A stretch of DNA of 64,000 bases from Psammoneis japonica (Eukaryota): assembly GCA_008632985.1 (NCBI GenBank), contig QPGO01000015.1, positions 435,998 through 499,997 of the forward strand, read 5' to 3'. Below are positions 23,033 to 35,651 of this stretch, in pieces. The position numbers and the translations under genes were made by a program. Under the pieces are notes generated by a model. That model was not told where the DNA came from, made no database searches, and saw only the letters and a program-made list of their open reading frames with translations. The first letter of the stretch is position 1; the number at the start of each line of letters is the position of its first letter.

Positions 23033-25170
23033 ACTTTGAAGCAGGCTGGTTTCAGTTGTTTGCTGGGTTGTTGCCGCCACCATTGCATTGGAAAGTTGCA
23101 TGTTCTTGTGCACATTGACCAGAATCCCATAGATTCCCTGCCACCACCTTGGCTGTCAGCACTCCAATGACATGGCACAGTGCAAGCGACTCCAGTCCAT
23201 TGATGCAACATGTGGACGAGATGATCTGCCAGCACACACGCAATGTGCACAGCCGGACATGGACTCATGGTGTTGGCATGATGAAAACAGTCACTGGCAG
23301 GTGAAGCAATTGGGATGTGGGACTGGGCTTGGAATCGCCAGTGCCAAGCAATTGGTTCCCTTTTCACTGTGCACAGACCATGCTGCCAACTCGGAATGCT
23401 GCAAGCATTGATTGCGAACACGCCCATGTCATCGGAGGCAGAACCAACAGGAAAAAATCAACATCTGCACTCATGAGGGAAAAGTGACATGCTTCCCCAC
23501 ACGTGACATTTGACAAGAAGAAATGGATGAAAAATTGAAATTCGAAATTGAGACTTCACAAGCAGAAAAATGATGGTGGGCGAGCATTGTCACCCGGAGA
23601 GATCCACTGAGGGAAAGAAATGTTCAAACAGGCAGGTGGGTGACCAAGAAGGGCATCAGCACTGCCTTGTCAAGCACTCCACAATGTGCCTGAGAGAGAC
23701 CCAAGCAGTTGCAGAGACAAGCCATGAAGGCATTGGATTGCCATCTGAGCAGCCACACTGACATTGACAATGCTGGCAAGCACTGTTGCTCAAGGGAGAT
23801 CCATGATGAGCACATTGTGGACACAAACAGACAGAGAAACAGTTGACCAAAGAGCGGCATTGGTGCCGCTTTGCCAAGTGCTCTGCAATGTCCTGAGAGA
23901 GGCTCAAGGAGTTGAGAAGACGACATGAGCAGCCATCAAGCTCGCTGAGCTTTGATCAACTTGTGGAGCTCAAAAGGTGAATTCCCAGTGTTGTACGTTG
24001 CTCCCTCTGGATCCAGCACCTCACGCTTTGGCTGTAAGATCTTCAAAATGACAATTCTGCAGCAGGGCACCAGGCATCAAGATGACACAATCATCAAGAG
24101 CTTTAGCAGCCTCATGGGTTTGAGAGCACAGCTGGTGCAAAGGGAATGTTTGGATGGGGGTGGCCCATCAAGGTGGACAGAAAGCCATGTTGCAACCACA
24201 CACAAGATCTCTTGTGCTGCTCCCTCTGTGCTGCAGGACTGGGAACAATGAAGGCACCCACATCGGGAGCAGCAGCACCGGGTGTGTCCTCAACAGGATG
24301 ACAACAGAACTCAGTCCAGACTGGTTCCTCCTTGGATGTGGGGAGATCATCATCATCAGACAAGGGATGTGTTGATTGCATCAGGAAGAAATGGATGCTG
24401 TGTGGATCACATTGATCCAGGACAACTGGGCAGTGTTCCTCAAGCAGGACAAGGCACTGTGGCACAGCAGACTGCTGAAAGAACAAAATGGCATGAGAGC
24501 AAGCTTGGAATGTGCATGTGGAGAAATGGAGTCCTCCGGAAGCATTGAGCTTGTTCTCTGCCACTGAACAAGTGCACTCATCAATGTCACATTCCTGATC
24601 CCACTGGCAAAGCCACAGCAATGCCAATGTCAACAGGGTTGACCTCTGCCATGTCAGAACACACATGATTCAGGAGCGGACTGCTGTCAGAGCAATTGAG
24701 TGCATGAACCCTTTGGCAAAACAGTGGTGAATCAGCTGTCTGTTCCGGCCTTGCTCAGTCATTCACAGTTGACCAATTTGGGAGAGACTGGGAGACAATC
24801 TTTCTCCAATTCCTGTGCTCATCCATTGAATGAAGACAAGAATGAAGTTGAAGTTTTGTCCCAAGTGATGGGCCCCTTTCCACCACCATTCATCATTGTG
24901 ATGATGCAAGTTGTGAGGATGTTCAAGAGAACTCAAAACGTGGGTGTGAATTTTGCTGCTTGTTCCAGACCTTTAAGGTCTAAGTGAGTGTGCAAAGATT
25001 GGTGTTGGCCAGACAGAGTGGCAATTCCGACAGGGCATGTGCAGGCATGTGGAGCTGAACGCTGCACATGACAGAGGAAAAATGTTGGCCATGCTGAGGA
25101 AGCAGCAATGACCATGAGCCGCATGATGGCGTAAAAAGGACCTGTCATGGGCAACAAAGTGGGAGAGATG

Positions 25171-25562
25171 GATGGACTGGCCAAGAGATCCATGCTCATT
25201 TTGCCCGTTGGGGCTGAACAGCATCTTAGACCATGATCTGAGGATGTGCTCCTCATGGAAAGGCACCATTTGAGACAGTGTGGCAGAACAGTCAGAGTGC
25301 AAGATGATCCTCGGCCGCCAAAGCAGTCTCCACAATGAGTGGACCCAATCGGGATTTTAGAAACAGATGGACCAGCCAAGAGATCCACACTTGTTTTGCC
25401 CATGGGGACTCAGTGGTGCAGGACCATGATTGTGAGGATGTGCTTCTTATGAAGAAAGGCACCATTTGAGATGGTGTGGCAAAATGGGCCAGAGTGCGGT
25501 TCAATCCTCGGCCGCCGAAGTGGTCCCTGCAGTGCAGCAGACCCAATCGGGATTTGAGAACA
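25171..25562. repeat. Diverged ~195-bp tandem duplication
   Basis: Units start at 25171 and 25366 (gatggac..gccaagagatcca ... aaaggcaccatttgaga ... tcctcggccgcc ... gacccaatcgggattt). Confidence 0.8.
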
Positions 25563-26574
25563 TGTCCCCACATGAAGATGGCGCCACAATGGCACGACCG
25601 TGGTCAACACAAATGGGGAAAAAGGGTGGGAGGTGCACTCACAAGATGGCGCCAAATGGCATGGTGACAAACAGCGCCAATGCACTGGACACTCCCAGCT
25701 GTGCAAGCAGACTGTGCATGGGATTTTTTGTTGACTGACAGGGAGAGGAGAGAAAGCCCATTCAACCCTCATCGTTGGCATCTCCTTGGAGATGCCTTGA
25801 CAGTTCCATGGTGTCTCCCAACCTGCCAGACAATGAGGGATCCCTTGGGCTGGCCTTGTTTCTTGTTTCACTCGCTCATCTCGTCCATCGTCCATCCATC
25901 ATCTCCATCCATCATCCTTCTTCTTCACCCGTTCTCCTGCTTTTGCATGGCGTGACTCTCGGTCCAGCCAAGGAGGTCCTCTCCTTGCTGGGCTTAGCCA
26001 GAGTCTTGGCCACGGCCATTGTCATCGGCCCAAACACACAGCCTGAGGCATTGGGAGGTCATTTCCACCTTTCCACCACTTGGCCACATGCATGTGTCCC
26101 ATGTGGCACCGCCGGCATGGAGAGCCGGGCGTGGCGTTGTTTGGGCCGATGGCAAGACCGCCGATCTCTTTTTCCGTCCATGCCCGCCATGTGTTGAAGT
26201 TGAAGCTGCGCCGTCTGACTTGGGGCTTCATGACGTCATTTACATTTATGGATTCGTACAAGTGCTACAAAAACTCATCAGCACTGCAGAAATCTTTTAC
26301 TCTCTGACTCTATGTAGAATTCTAAATTTTCGATGGCGTGAATTCCCGCGCGATTCCCTGGGCGATCTAAGGAGTTCAACTTGCAATGAAGATCGTGGTC
26401 GCGTGGCCACGTTCAACCACGGTGAAACCAGCTGCAACCACAAAGATTGCCTCAAGCCTATGCTTGAATGTGAAAACACCTGGTGCGATCGTTGTAATTG
26501 CCACGAAGCAAACGGCCTGCGAGTACCTTAACCGCTCTTCAGATTTACAGTTGAGATCGATGACGATTCCAACC

Positions 26575-28194
26575 ATGAAGAAACGTGGGCTTTGTCAACC
26601 AAGGATGGCTGCTGCCGTTGTGCTTGCCTTGTCATTGTCGAAACCAGGCAGAACCGATGGATTCGTCCCGCAACACGTTCACCACCCATCCGTTAGACAG
26701 GACAACGAGAAAGTTGCGCAGCACGTTGAGCTGCAAATGTGGGATAGCAAGCACTCTGATGCTCCGTCGTTCTTGCATGATGCTGCCAAGTTTGTAACCA
26801 CAGTTGCTGCTACTGCGGCGATTTCTGCCGCTCTGGTAATCCCGGGAAGCGCTTTCGCCGAGGACGAGTTGGCAGCCAAATACGGGGGGAAGGGATTCGA
26901 TTCGTCCCTTGTGGATCAAACCTGTTTGGTTGACAAGTGTTCACTCCAGGCAAAAGCGTGCTTGGCAGATGATCCTTCTTGCAGAAAGGGATTGACGTGT
27001 ACCGCCAAGTGCTTGGGAGACAACGCCTGCATCACTGGATGCATGGCCCGTTATGGGGATAAGAACCTCGACAACCTTCTCAAGTGCACGATTGAAGACA
27101 ATGAATGTATCAAGGTTGCCATTCTAGATGGCGGCGCAGACAAGTTTGGAGAGGAACCCAGGGCTCCTGCTCCATCCGTTAGAAACTTTGACCTTAGTAC
27201 GATGGAAGGCACGTGGTACAAGGTTGTGGGGTTCAACCCGAACTACGATTGTTATGCTTGCCAAAGAAACACCTTCAGCCAGCCCGAAGGCGGTGGTATT
27301 TTCAAGGGCGATAAACTCAAAGTAGATGTGGAGTTCTCCATGCCTCACCTCATGCCAGACGGCACGCCGCCTCCACCGAAGAATATGCGGGAATCCATTG
27401 ATATCCGAGAAGAGGACGGGGCTTTGGTTGGGTCGCAGTCGATAGGCTTCAACGATTACGAGACTCATGAGACTATGGTATTTGACTCTGCAAAGCCAAG
27501 TCTGCCCAACCTTGTTCTCGGGAAAGGAACAGACAACGAAGCCAACTATGCCAGAACGGCTCATTCAGAGGGAGAAATGTTTGGTTTAAGTAAGTCTTCC
27601 CGCGAGTCTCTCGAAAGTCGCCTTGTATGTTTCTGAAATTATCTAATATTGTCCTTTAACATTGATATTTCAGAATTCTGGGAAAATTGGTACATTATTG
27701 GTCAGAACGACCCTGGTCAAGACGAGTTCAAGTTTGTCTACTACAACGGCAAGACCCGGCAAAATACTTATGAGGGTGCTTTTGTTTATAGCCGAACTCG
27801 GGACCTCTCAGCAGAATCTATGAAGAAAGTCTACAAGATCGCATCTGATGCCGGAATGAACCCGGATCAATTCTGCAAGATCCGGAATGGATGCTTCACG
27901 GACGAAGCTGGTGCCAACACTCCTGGCGGCAGCATTGGAAGTCCATCGAACCCTTTCAGATCAATTCTGGCTAGCACAAAAGTGTCGCAACTGCTTGGAG
28001 TCGAGCCAGTAGCAGCCCAAAGTGTCACTAAGCGCCAGGCAGTTGCTGCCGAGCTCACACCTTCGCAAGGTGAATCAAAACGAGCATGGTGGTATGAAGT
28101 TGGGGATTACCTAGAGAATCCTCATCGACACTTCCAAGCTATGGATAGTCTGAGAACGACCATGGATTGGCCAGAGGAAATCAAGAGTCAATGA
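26575..28194 (+). CDS. VDL: Violaxanthin de-epoxidase-like (VDL) plastid/thylakoid protein; 2 exons, intron ~27590-27674
   Basis: Signal peptide ending TDG-FVP and a second hydrophobic lumen signal ending SAFA. Cys-rich domain CLVDKC..QAKACLADDPSCRKGLTCTAKCLGDNACITGC. Lipocalin motifs GTWYKVVGFNPNYDCYACQRNTF, ENWYIIG, VYYNG..RQNTYEGAFVYSR. Confidence 0.85.
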
Positions 28195-28446
28195 AGCGAC
28201 TACTAATACGGATACTTAATTATGAATAGAAACTCTTGATCACAATAATTGCTAGCTAGAGTAGAGAGGCCGTCCAGCGTGCCATCATGCTGGTGACTGA
28301 CGTGATGCATTCTGTCCGCCTCCCGCAGAGGAATCACAACAACTTCATCTGCTTCGATCGTCCCATCCTGAATAATCCTATCCAAAGAAGGGAAAGTGGC
28401 TTCGTCCGTACTGTAGGGCCTGAGTTAAAGAGTAAGGGCTAGGGAA

Positions 28447-29196
28447 ATGAAGACTGAGAATTTCTATCTTTATCTGGTACTCGTTATGGGCGGTGTTTCG
28501 ATAACGGAGGCGTGGTCGACCATGACTGATCCTATTTGGAGGTGCTGTCGTGTTGCAACATCGACAGCCACGATTGCGGTGACACAGTTTCTTTTCCCGT
28601 TCACAGGCGCTAATGCAGCTTCGTTTGATGATATTCAATTGCCATCGACCGCAATAAGGACCATGCCTGCGCAAAACGATTTTGAAGAAAGACTTCTCAA
28701 AAGCTTGAAGGCGCCAACAGCCGATCAGCCGCAAATCAAGCTTCGTACCTACACAATGGATACAGGGACAGCGGCAGCGACGAAAAAGGCAACAGCTGAA
28801 CAAATCCCTGTCGTTGAAGGTTTAGTGTACTTGGCAAACCCAAAGTCTGAGACCAGACCAGGGCCTTTGGATACTCTAATTTTGACGGCGGAATCGTTCT
28901 CGAATCCGGGTCAAGCTCTTGCCGGCGCTAGAATACCCGTGTCGAAAGCGAAGTTCCCCATGGCGTTTCGCATGTTTAAGGAAAACGCCTTGTCCGGCAA
29001 AGAAGATGAATGGCTTCAAGCAGAAGATCAAGATATACTAGTTAATGGCAAAATCTGCCCTCAAGGGACCACCTTGCCTTGTTCGGAGGCTGAAAGCACT
29101 CTGCGCGCACAAGGGGTTGCAAAAGTTGTAAGGAACCTCCCTGGATTACCGGAAGGAGTAAGAATACGTGCTGCGGCTTCTCTACCTCTAGAATGA
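28447..29196 (+). CDS. Hypothetical secreted or plastid-targeted protein
   Basis: 249-aa ORF; signal peptide ending TEA-WST; second hydrophobic segment ending ANA. Confidence 0.7.
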   Translation: MKTENFYLYLVLVMGGVSITEAWSTMTDPIWRCCRVATSTATIAVTQFLFPFTGANAASFDDIQLPSTAIRTMPAQNDFEERLLKSLKAPTADQPQIKLRTYTMDTGTAAATKKATAEQIPVVEGLVYLANPKSETRPGPLDTLILTAESFSNPGQALAGARIPVSKAKFPMAFRMFKENALSGKEDEWLQAEDQDILVNGKICPQGTTLPCSEAESTLRAQGVAKVVRNLPGLPEGVRIRAAASLPLE

Positions 29197-29710
29197 ACGA
29201 GAAGCCAAAAAGTTCAACATTGTGTAACAACCAGATAAAGACCATCCTGCACAAGCTGGATCGAGAAGTTAGATGCTCTGGAACACTGCCCTGACAACAT
29301 AGATGAATGGTACTCTTGCTAGAGAGAGGCGTACTATACAGTAACTCTCTAAGCCAATTATTTATAGCTTTTAAGCTTTGATCTAGGCCGACCTAGGGTA
29401 CCAACTAGAAGTACCCGTGCTAAGAAAGAAGAAAGATCTCCCCTCAGCTCTAGCTAGAGGTTTTGCCGTTTGCCGTCATCGCGCGCCTCACTCGCAAATC
29501 GCGCGTCCAGCGTCCAGCATCAACGATCAACGACGTGATTGATTGCAACGTGAGCGCCACCGCCGGGGCGCCCGTATCATAATCTCAAAAGCTGCGTTTG
29601 CTGTGACTTTCCGACTAGTATCGGCGACGCACGACCTCAATCACGCACCGAAAAGCTGCTTACAAACAGAGAACCGTTCAGGAGAGAACGCATTGGTTGT
29701 TTTGTGAACC

Positions 29711-30986
29711 ATGGCTCAAAATCCGTTGCTTGGTGAGTTTCAAGAGAGTGAAAAATGCTGTTCATTGAAATGTCTTTTCTACGTGATGTTTGTACTGGAA
29801 CGTAGGTGCGCAGTATTTTTGGCCAGACTTGAGAGGGAGAAGTCAATGCCAAAAGCATGAGGACATAGCGATCATTTGAGAGGACTTTTTTTTTGTCGAT
29901 ATTAATATTTTGTATGGGATGCTCTGGAGAGTTTTAGTAACGAGAGAACCATTTCCAATTTGTTTTTGCTGACGCTGTTTGCTTATTTTAATTCACCTTT
30001 CTCGCTACCTCCAGGTAATCGCATCTCGCTGATATCCAAGAAGAACATACGTTATGAGGGAACGTTGTACTCTATCAATCAGTCAGACTCTACTGTAGCG
30101 CTTCAGAACGTTCGATCTTATGGTACCGAGGGGAGGGAATCGCAAGATACAACGGGCAACACGAACTTTGTTCCCCCCAACGACACGGTTCATCCCTATC
30201 TATTGTTTCGAGGATGCGATATCAAGGACTTGCACGTACACGAGACCGTACAAAAGTCAGAAGCACAAGAAATAGAGACAAGAAACAGAGGTAAAAACCG
30301 AGGAAAATCAGGCGCCGCAAGAGACAGAGTCTGCTCCGCAAGAGAAAAAGGAACCGGAAAAGGAAGAGAAACCAAAGAGATCGAGTAGAAAACCGAGATC
30401 CACCCATCAGGTTGGCACGGGCGCCAGCCTTTTGAATAGAAAGGCACGAGGGGTAGTAGATGGAGGAGTTGAAACTCCCTCGGACGACTTTGATTTTGTT
30501 TCTAGCTTGGCATCATTCAACAAGACTGAAGAAGAACAAGGCGAAGAGGAGGTTTCGGCTGATGGACCTTCTGCGTATGAAAAGGATGACTTTTTCGATT
30601 CCATTTCCTGTGATGTTTTAGATAAACAGGCTGGAATCGACAACCGTCTGCGAGGAAGGGAGGAACGAAATCTAAACACTGAAACCTTTGGGGCGGTAGC
30701 TCTGAATTCACAACGAAGAGGAGGGCGTCGATACCGAGGAAGCGGCCGAGGTAGAGGCCGCGGTAGAGGAAGAGGACGGGGTGGTCGAGGAAGCGGTAGG
30801 GAAGAGGACCAAGGCCTAGAGAAAACAATCGTTGGAGACGAGAGGCATCGGGTAGTGGGCAGAGTCAAGGTGGCAGCAACAGACAAAGCCAAGGCGGAAG
30901 TGAGTCTCGGCAATCGCAAAAGGCAACATAGCGGAGTCTTCAGTCGAGGTGTGGTCGTTGGGATGAAATCCTCGACCACATCTTGA
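29711..30986 (+). CDS. LSM14: LSM14/Scd6/RAP55 mRNA-processing-body protein; small first exon at 29711-29732, apparent frameshifts
   Basis: The exon MAQNPLLG is spliced (GTGAGT...CCAG 30014) to the Lsm domain NRISLISKKNIRYEGTLY...VRSYGTEGR...LFRGCDIKDL. It also has DFDF, FFD and TFG boxes and RGG repeats. Frame changes occur near ~30275 and probably ~30800, so the true stop may be near 30931. Confidence 0.85.
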
Positions 30987-31461
30987 TCATTCAACGAGAT
31001 TCACTTTGGAGAGGCTATTCATAAGCTCCAGGAAGTGGAGTGTGAACTTGTTCGCATCATCAGCAAGTCAATATTGATAATCTATATCTTAGCAATTTCG
31101 TTGCGTGGTCCTTTCATTTTAATTCCTGTTTTGAGTCCGTGTTTCACTGCAGATACGGTAACATTTGCAGTGTCATGTAGCTCCATTTCACTCACTAGCT
31201 ATTCGAGAGTAGCTGAGGGAACAAGTATCCATAACAAGTCTTACTCTCTCCAAAATAGTAGGTCCGGTACCGGTAGGTAGGTAGGTCTTTCAAAATCCTT
31301 GGTCTGTCCATCCGTGCCCGCTGTCATTTTGACACGAATGCGTTGAAACCGTCAAATAACGGTGGCATCCGAGTGGCAGACCGACGGCACGTGAAAAAAA
31401 GCAAGACAAAGAGCGTATCATAAGAGCGGGACGGCCACGATCGATCCACACACCCGTCACC

Positions 31462-32415
31462 ATGGGCAACCAAAAGACCAACGATGAGCTCACAGAGCTC
31501 CTGACAAAGCTGTATACAATGCAGGAGGATGTGGGGGCAAAGCCTAAAACAACAGATCAGGAAAAGAAAAACAAGGCTGTCAACATTGCTCAGGAGACGA
31601 TGGGTCGAACTAGCAAAGCGAAGAAGACCGGTTCCCGCTTTCTCGAACTCAAGTCATCCATTGTCGAGCGCCTCCAGGAGATTCAAGGGCAAATGAAAGA
31701 AATTAAGGAGCGCGAGAATCACTGGGGAGGAGACAATCCCAAAGAGGTGATTCGTCTACAGGCGGAGATCCGAGAGAACATTCGACAGGCTCAAGACGAA
31801 TGGAAAGAGATGGACGCGCTTTACAAGAACGAGGCTCGCAAGAAGAAATCAAAATTCTCACCGGAAGAACTCGAGCTTCAGGCGACTCTCGTGATGCGTC
31901 TTCGCCAGGAAATTGATAAGATCAAGGACCTTCAGTCGAAAGGATTTCAGCGTGGTGGTGCTTCTGCGGCGGCGGCCGGTCTCAACTCACAGGCTATTTC
32001 TGCCTTTGATGGAATCCCCGCCCCAAAAGTTGCTGGAGGTGGTGCTTCTTCTTGGCATCAGAGCAGTGGTGGAGGAGCTGCGGTAACTTCAGATCAACGT
32101 ATGCAGCTACAAGAGTTGGAAGAGCGAGACCAGGATTTTGATCAGCAGCTTGACGAGCTCGGCGAGGGCATTCAAGACTTGGCCGAGATTGCAAAGCTGC
32201 AGGGAGAGGAAGTCAAACGGCAAAACGTCATGCTTGATAATGTGAGCAATAAGATTGATAATGTCAGCGAGCACGTTTCAACAGTCAACTCGCGAATGAA
32301 GGAGACCTTGGATGAAGTGGGTCGGTCAAGCGATAAGCTTTGTGTTGACATTATGTGCATCGTCTTGGCTGTCGGGTTTGCTGCCGTGTTTTACAATATG
32401 TCAAAAGGAGCATGA
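31462..32415 (+). CDS. Qc-type SNARE (SYP7/syntaxin-like) with C-terminal transmembrane anchor
   Basis: SNARE motif DQQLDELGEGIQDLAEIAKLQGEEVKRQNVMLD...VNSRMKETL followed by a hydrophobic tail. Confidence 0.85.
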   Translation: MGNQKTNDELTELLTKLYTMQEDVGAKPKTTDQEKKNKAVNIAQETMGRTSKAKKTGSRFLELKSSIVERLQEIQGQMKEIKERENHWGGDNPKEVIRLQAEIRENIRQAQDEWKEMDALYKNEARKKKSKFSPEELELQATLVMRLRQEIDKIKDLQSKGFQRGGASAAAAGLNSQAISAFDGIPAPKVAGGGASSWHQSSGGGAAVTSDQRMQLQELEERDQDFDQQLDELGEGIQDLAEIAKLQGEEVKRQNVMLDNVSNKIDNVSEHVSTVNSRMKETLDEVGRSSDKLCVDIMCIVLAVGFAAVFYNMSKGA

Positions 32416-32555
32416 GATGAACGTTGAGCATTCTATTGGTTATTTCTTTGGTACTTCTTTCAGGATGAGGATGAGTCATTCAAATTCCTGTAACTAGCTG
32501 TGGTCTATCATCATACAACATATAGAAAGATGCAGTCGTTAGTGTCTGCGATAAT

Positions 32556-33828
32556 TCATCTATCGTTTAGCCACTCTAGAGCAATGTCGTATACGGGCAA
32601 GACAACAGCTGCAACCGGCCCAGCTCTCAAGACCGTCAAACCAATGCCCCGAAAGAATGGTCGAATTGACTTTCCGTTCGAAATATACATGTGGCGCGCC
32701 ATGCCAATTGATGTCCTTTGTCCATTATGAAGCGACTGTTGGTACATTTTGTTCTGCACCGCATCGAGTGGGAATATGCCTATGTTCCAAGCAAAAGAGA
32801 ACTTTGCGTTAGTCGTCATGATGATACCAATCGAAGCATTCGAGTACGTATAGCTGAGAGCTGACCTGCCCAACATAACATTCCAGCAATAGCAGCACTG
32901 AACATTCTTTCTTGTGTCGTTATCTCCACAGGAACTGTTTGGTTGGTAATGTCTGATTTCTGCCGCCGTTCTACCAAGGCTCGCTTCAACACTTCGTAGG
33001 CCGTCATGTATAAACTGCGCCCGACAGTAACAGCAAGAAAATGTGGAGCAAAGCCGACATAGAAGTTCCGCAAACTCTGCAGCTTATTGTTCGAGTTGCT
33101 TCGCATGGTCTCAACAATCGCTTTCCGAACCCCCATACCATTATTTGTTGCTTGGTCTTCACTACCATCAGAGGGCTTGTTAGCACAGTCGTCGCGCTTC
33201 CAGCCAAGGCTGATGCGTAAGCCACATTCCTTAGTGAGTCATTATGAAGATAATCATTGTCACCAGCATGAGGGAAGTCATGTCTATGAAGAACTCGTCG
33301 TACAGAATCGTAAATTGCAAAATAGGTGCTCTGTAGCAAGCCAACTGTAAAGAGTGGACCTATCTCAGAACATTTCACAAGTTTGAATGAGAATCAGCAA
33401 CAAATACAACATTCTCGGCCCAGATCGTGTATCCTACCTGTCATGCCGGCATAGAGCGCTCGAAGTGATCTTAGTTTTGTCGAGTCGCTGCTCGCAATTG
33501 TACTCATATTAGCAAATCCGTGTTGGGGTGCTGACATTCCGGCGGAGGACGTCGAGGAAGAGCTAGCGAGTCCTTTTGACACCACAGTAGTATGAGGTGT
33601 CGTCGCTACTGAGTTGCTGCCTCCAGCACCACCTTCTCTTGCATTAACCTGCAAAAGTACTTTGATTGAATCCAGAGGGTGCCCAACAATTACACCACAA
33701 ACGCCCGCAACATACCCGGCTGTTACACTGTTGATCACGGATTCACTGGAGTATGTAGATGTTGATCCTTGCAGAGTGTTTTCCCAAATTTCGCCGAAGG
33801 ACGACTCTACTGATATACCATTCGACAT
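32556..33828 (-). CDS. Mitochondrial carrier family (SLC25) protein; about 3 exons, one apparent frameshift
   Basis: Three carrier signatures: GHPLDSIKV, TSPLMVVKT and IFPLDAVQN. Also LYAGM, FYVGF, FFRGIG..LRAGP. Frameshift at a G run near 33130. Confidence 0.85.
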
Positions 33829-34990
33829 TACAACAAGCCTCTTCCGATAAAGATAGGAAAAGAATTCAAGTCAAAGTTTGGAAATTGTGCTACAGACCGC
33901 ACGCTGTGATCATCACCATCAATGAATAGCATGGCATGATGATTCGAGAGATTCGATCGGCGTCGCGTCCGTCGTCCAATGAAATTGCACCGGTAGGGCA
34001 TGCGCACCAAAAACGCCACCACCAATTCATCCACGACCCGACCACGCGAGAAACCACCACCACTACGAACCACGACCATACACCACCTCATTTTCATTCT
34101 CGCCACCTACGCGCAGAATAAACGGTTGTCAGGAATAAACAGGCGTCAGATGAAGCATGGACAGACGGTAAAATGTATGGGAACTTTCTCGTAGATTCTA
34201 CGAGACAAACGGGCGATAGACAGACAAATGCGACAGACGAAGTCGATTTCCGTCGTCCCCGTGCTTTTTGTACGGCATTCGATGCTGACAATGGCGTGCC
34301 GCCGGTGACGCTATTGACTAATTTTTGTGAGACGAAACGCATTGGATATGTCTTATGGCGAGTTAAGTATAGATGTGCGCCCATATTGACTCTGGATGCA
34401 GTTTGTGGTTGATTTCAGAGCATCGTTGTCAATGGTTTTTTTTGCAATTTTCTACGTGAATTACGCGTAGCAACAATACGGGATATTGATGACAATGGCA
34501 TCATCTCGAATGATCGATTAGAGCTATTAGATAGACACCAGTGAGCCAATTATTGTATCAGCTACACTTATCATGTTTATATTGTTACTGCAGTATGCCT
34601 GAAATTAGTGTGGATATTGTTTTTATCCCCACATGGTCGCCATTGTCGCTTGTCGTGTTGTGTCGCGTTTTTGTGCGTCTCTGTCGCATTTTTCGATCCA
34701 ACCTCATCTCTTTTTTAAAATTGTACACAATTTCTACATAATTGTTTTGCCGGTAAAACGCTAGGAAACTGGCGTCTGACGCCTGTTTATTCTTTCTGTA
34801 GCCACCCGCCACCACATCACAGAACAAAAAATAAGTTATCCTGTGGATAGATGAGCGACAGGATCTGAATCATCATCACCATCCATCACTTGTGGTACGT
34901 ACTAGCCATCAACGTAAGTACTTCGCATACCGGTACTCTCGCGTCTGGCCATTGGAACATGTCGCCACAAAAAATTCAAAAGAAAGAAAC

Positions 34991-35470
34991 ATGCCTCGTG
35001 TCGCCGCCACTCTCCTTGCCGTTGCCGCACTTGCCGCCGCTTCAGAGGGTTTTGCCCCCGCTGCATTCGGTGTTGCAAAGAGCTCCACTGCACTGAACGC
35101 TGAAATGTCTCGCTCGGACGTTCGCTCTTCCATCAAGGGTTTGACTTCTGAGAACTTCTCGGAAACTTTGTCCAACATCGAGCCATTCCTCACAAAAGAA
35201 GCTGGCGTGAGCACTTATGCCAAGAGTATGAAGAGGATCGCAAGAAAGGCAAAGGAACTTGGCGCGGCAATTCCCGATGGATTTGCCAAGGACGCTGCTG
35301 CCACCGCCAAGAGGAGAGAAAAGCAGGATGCTTTCATCAAGGCCAAGGAAGAAGAGAGATTGGCCGCTGAGGCCGAGGCTGCTGAAGCCGCCGCCGCTGA
35401 GGCTGCTGAAGCAGAGGCCTCGTCTGAGGAAGAAGCTGCTGCAGAAGAAGCCGAACCCGTTGTTGCCTAA
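34991..35470 (+). CDS. Small plastid-targeted protein with Ala/Glu-rich C-terminus
   Basis: Signal peptide ending SEG-FAP, transit peptide ending STALNA; codon usage typical of a highly expressed gene. Confidence 0.8.
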   Translation: MPRVAATLLAVAALAAASEGFAPAAFGVAKSSTALNAEMSRSDVRSSIKGLTSENFSETLSNIEPFLTKEAGVSTYAKSMKRIARKAKELGAAIPDGFAKDAAATAKRREKQDAFIKAKEEERLAAEAEAAEAAAAEAAEAEASSEEEAAAEEAEPVVA

Positions 35471-35651
35471 TAACGCGCTCACCGTTTCCGTGCGTGAAAA
35501 AAGATGTTTGTAGGACGATAAATTAAACGACGCTCATAAAAAGTCTAATGACCAACTCTAACGACACAAAAGACTCTCTACTGTAGTAGGTAGCTTCAGC
35601 CGGCAAAAGGACAACGCATTAACTTGGAATTGTCAAGATGTGGAGTTATGT

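Larger units (their letters stand above)
22890..26250. mobile_element. Old degenerate repeat-derived sequence, family unassigned; right part of the domain
   Basis: TpA- and CpG-depleted, internal duplications, no recognisable intact domain. Confidence 0.45.
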
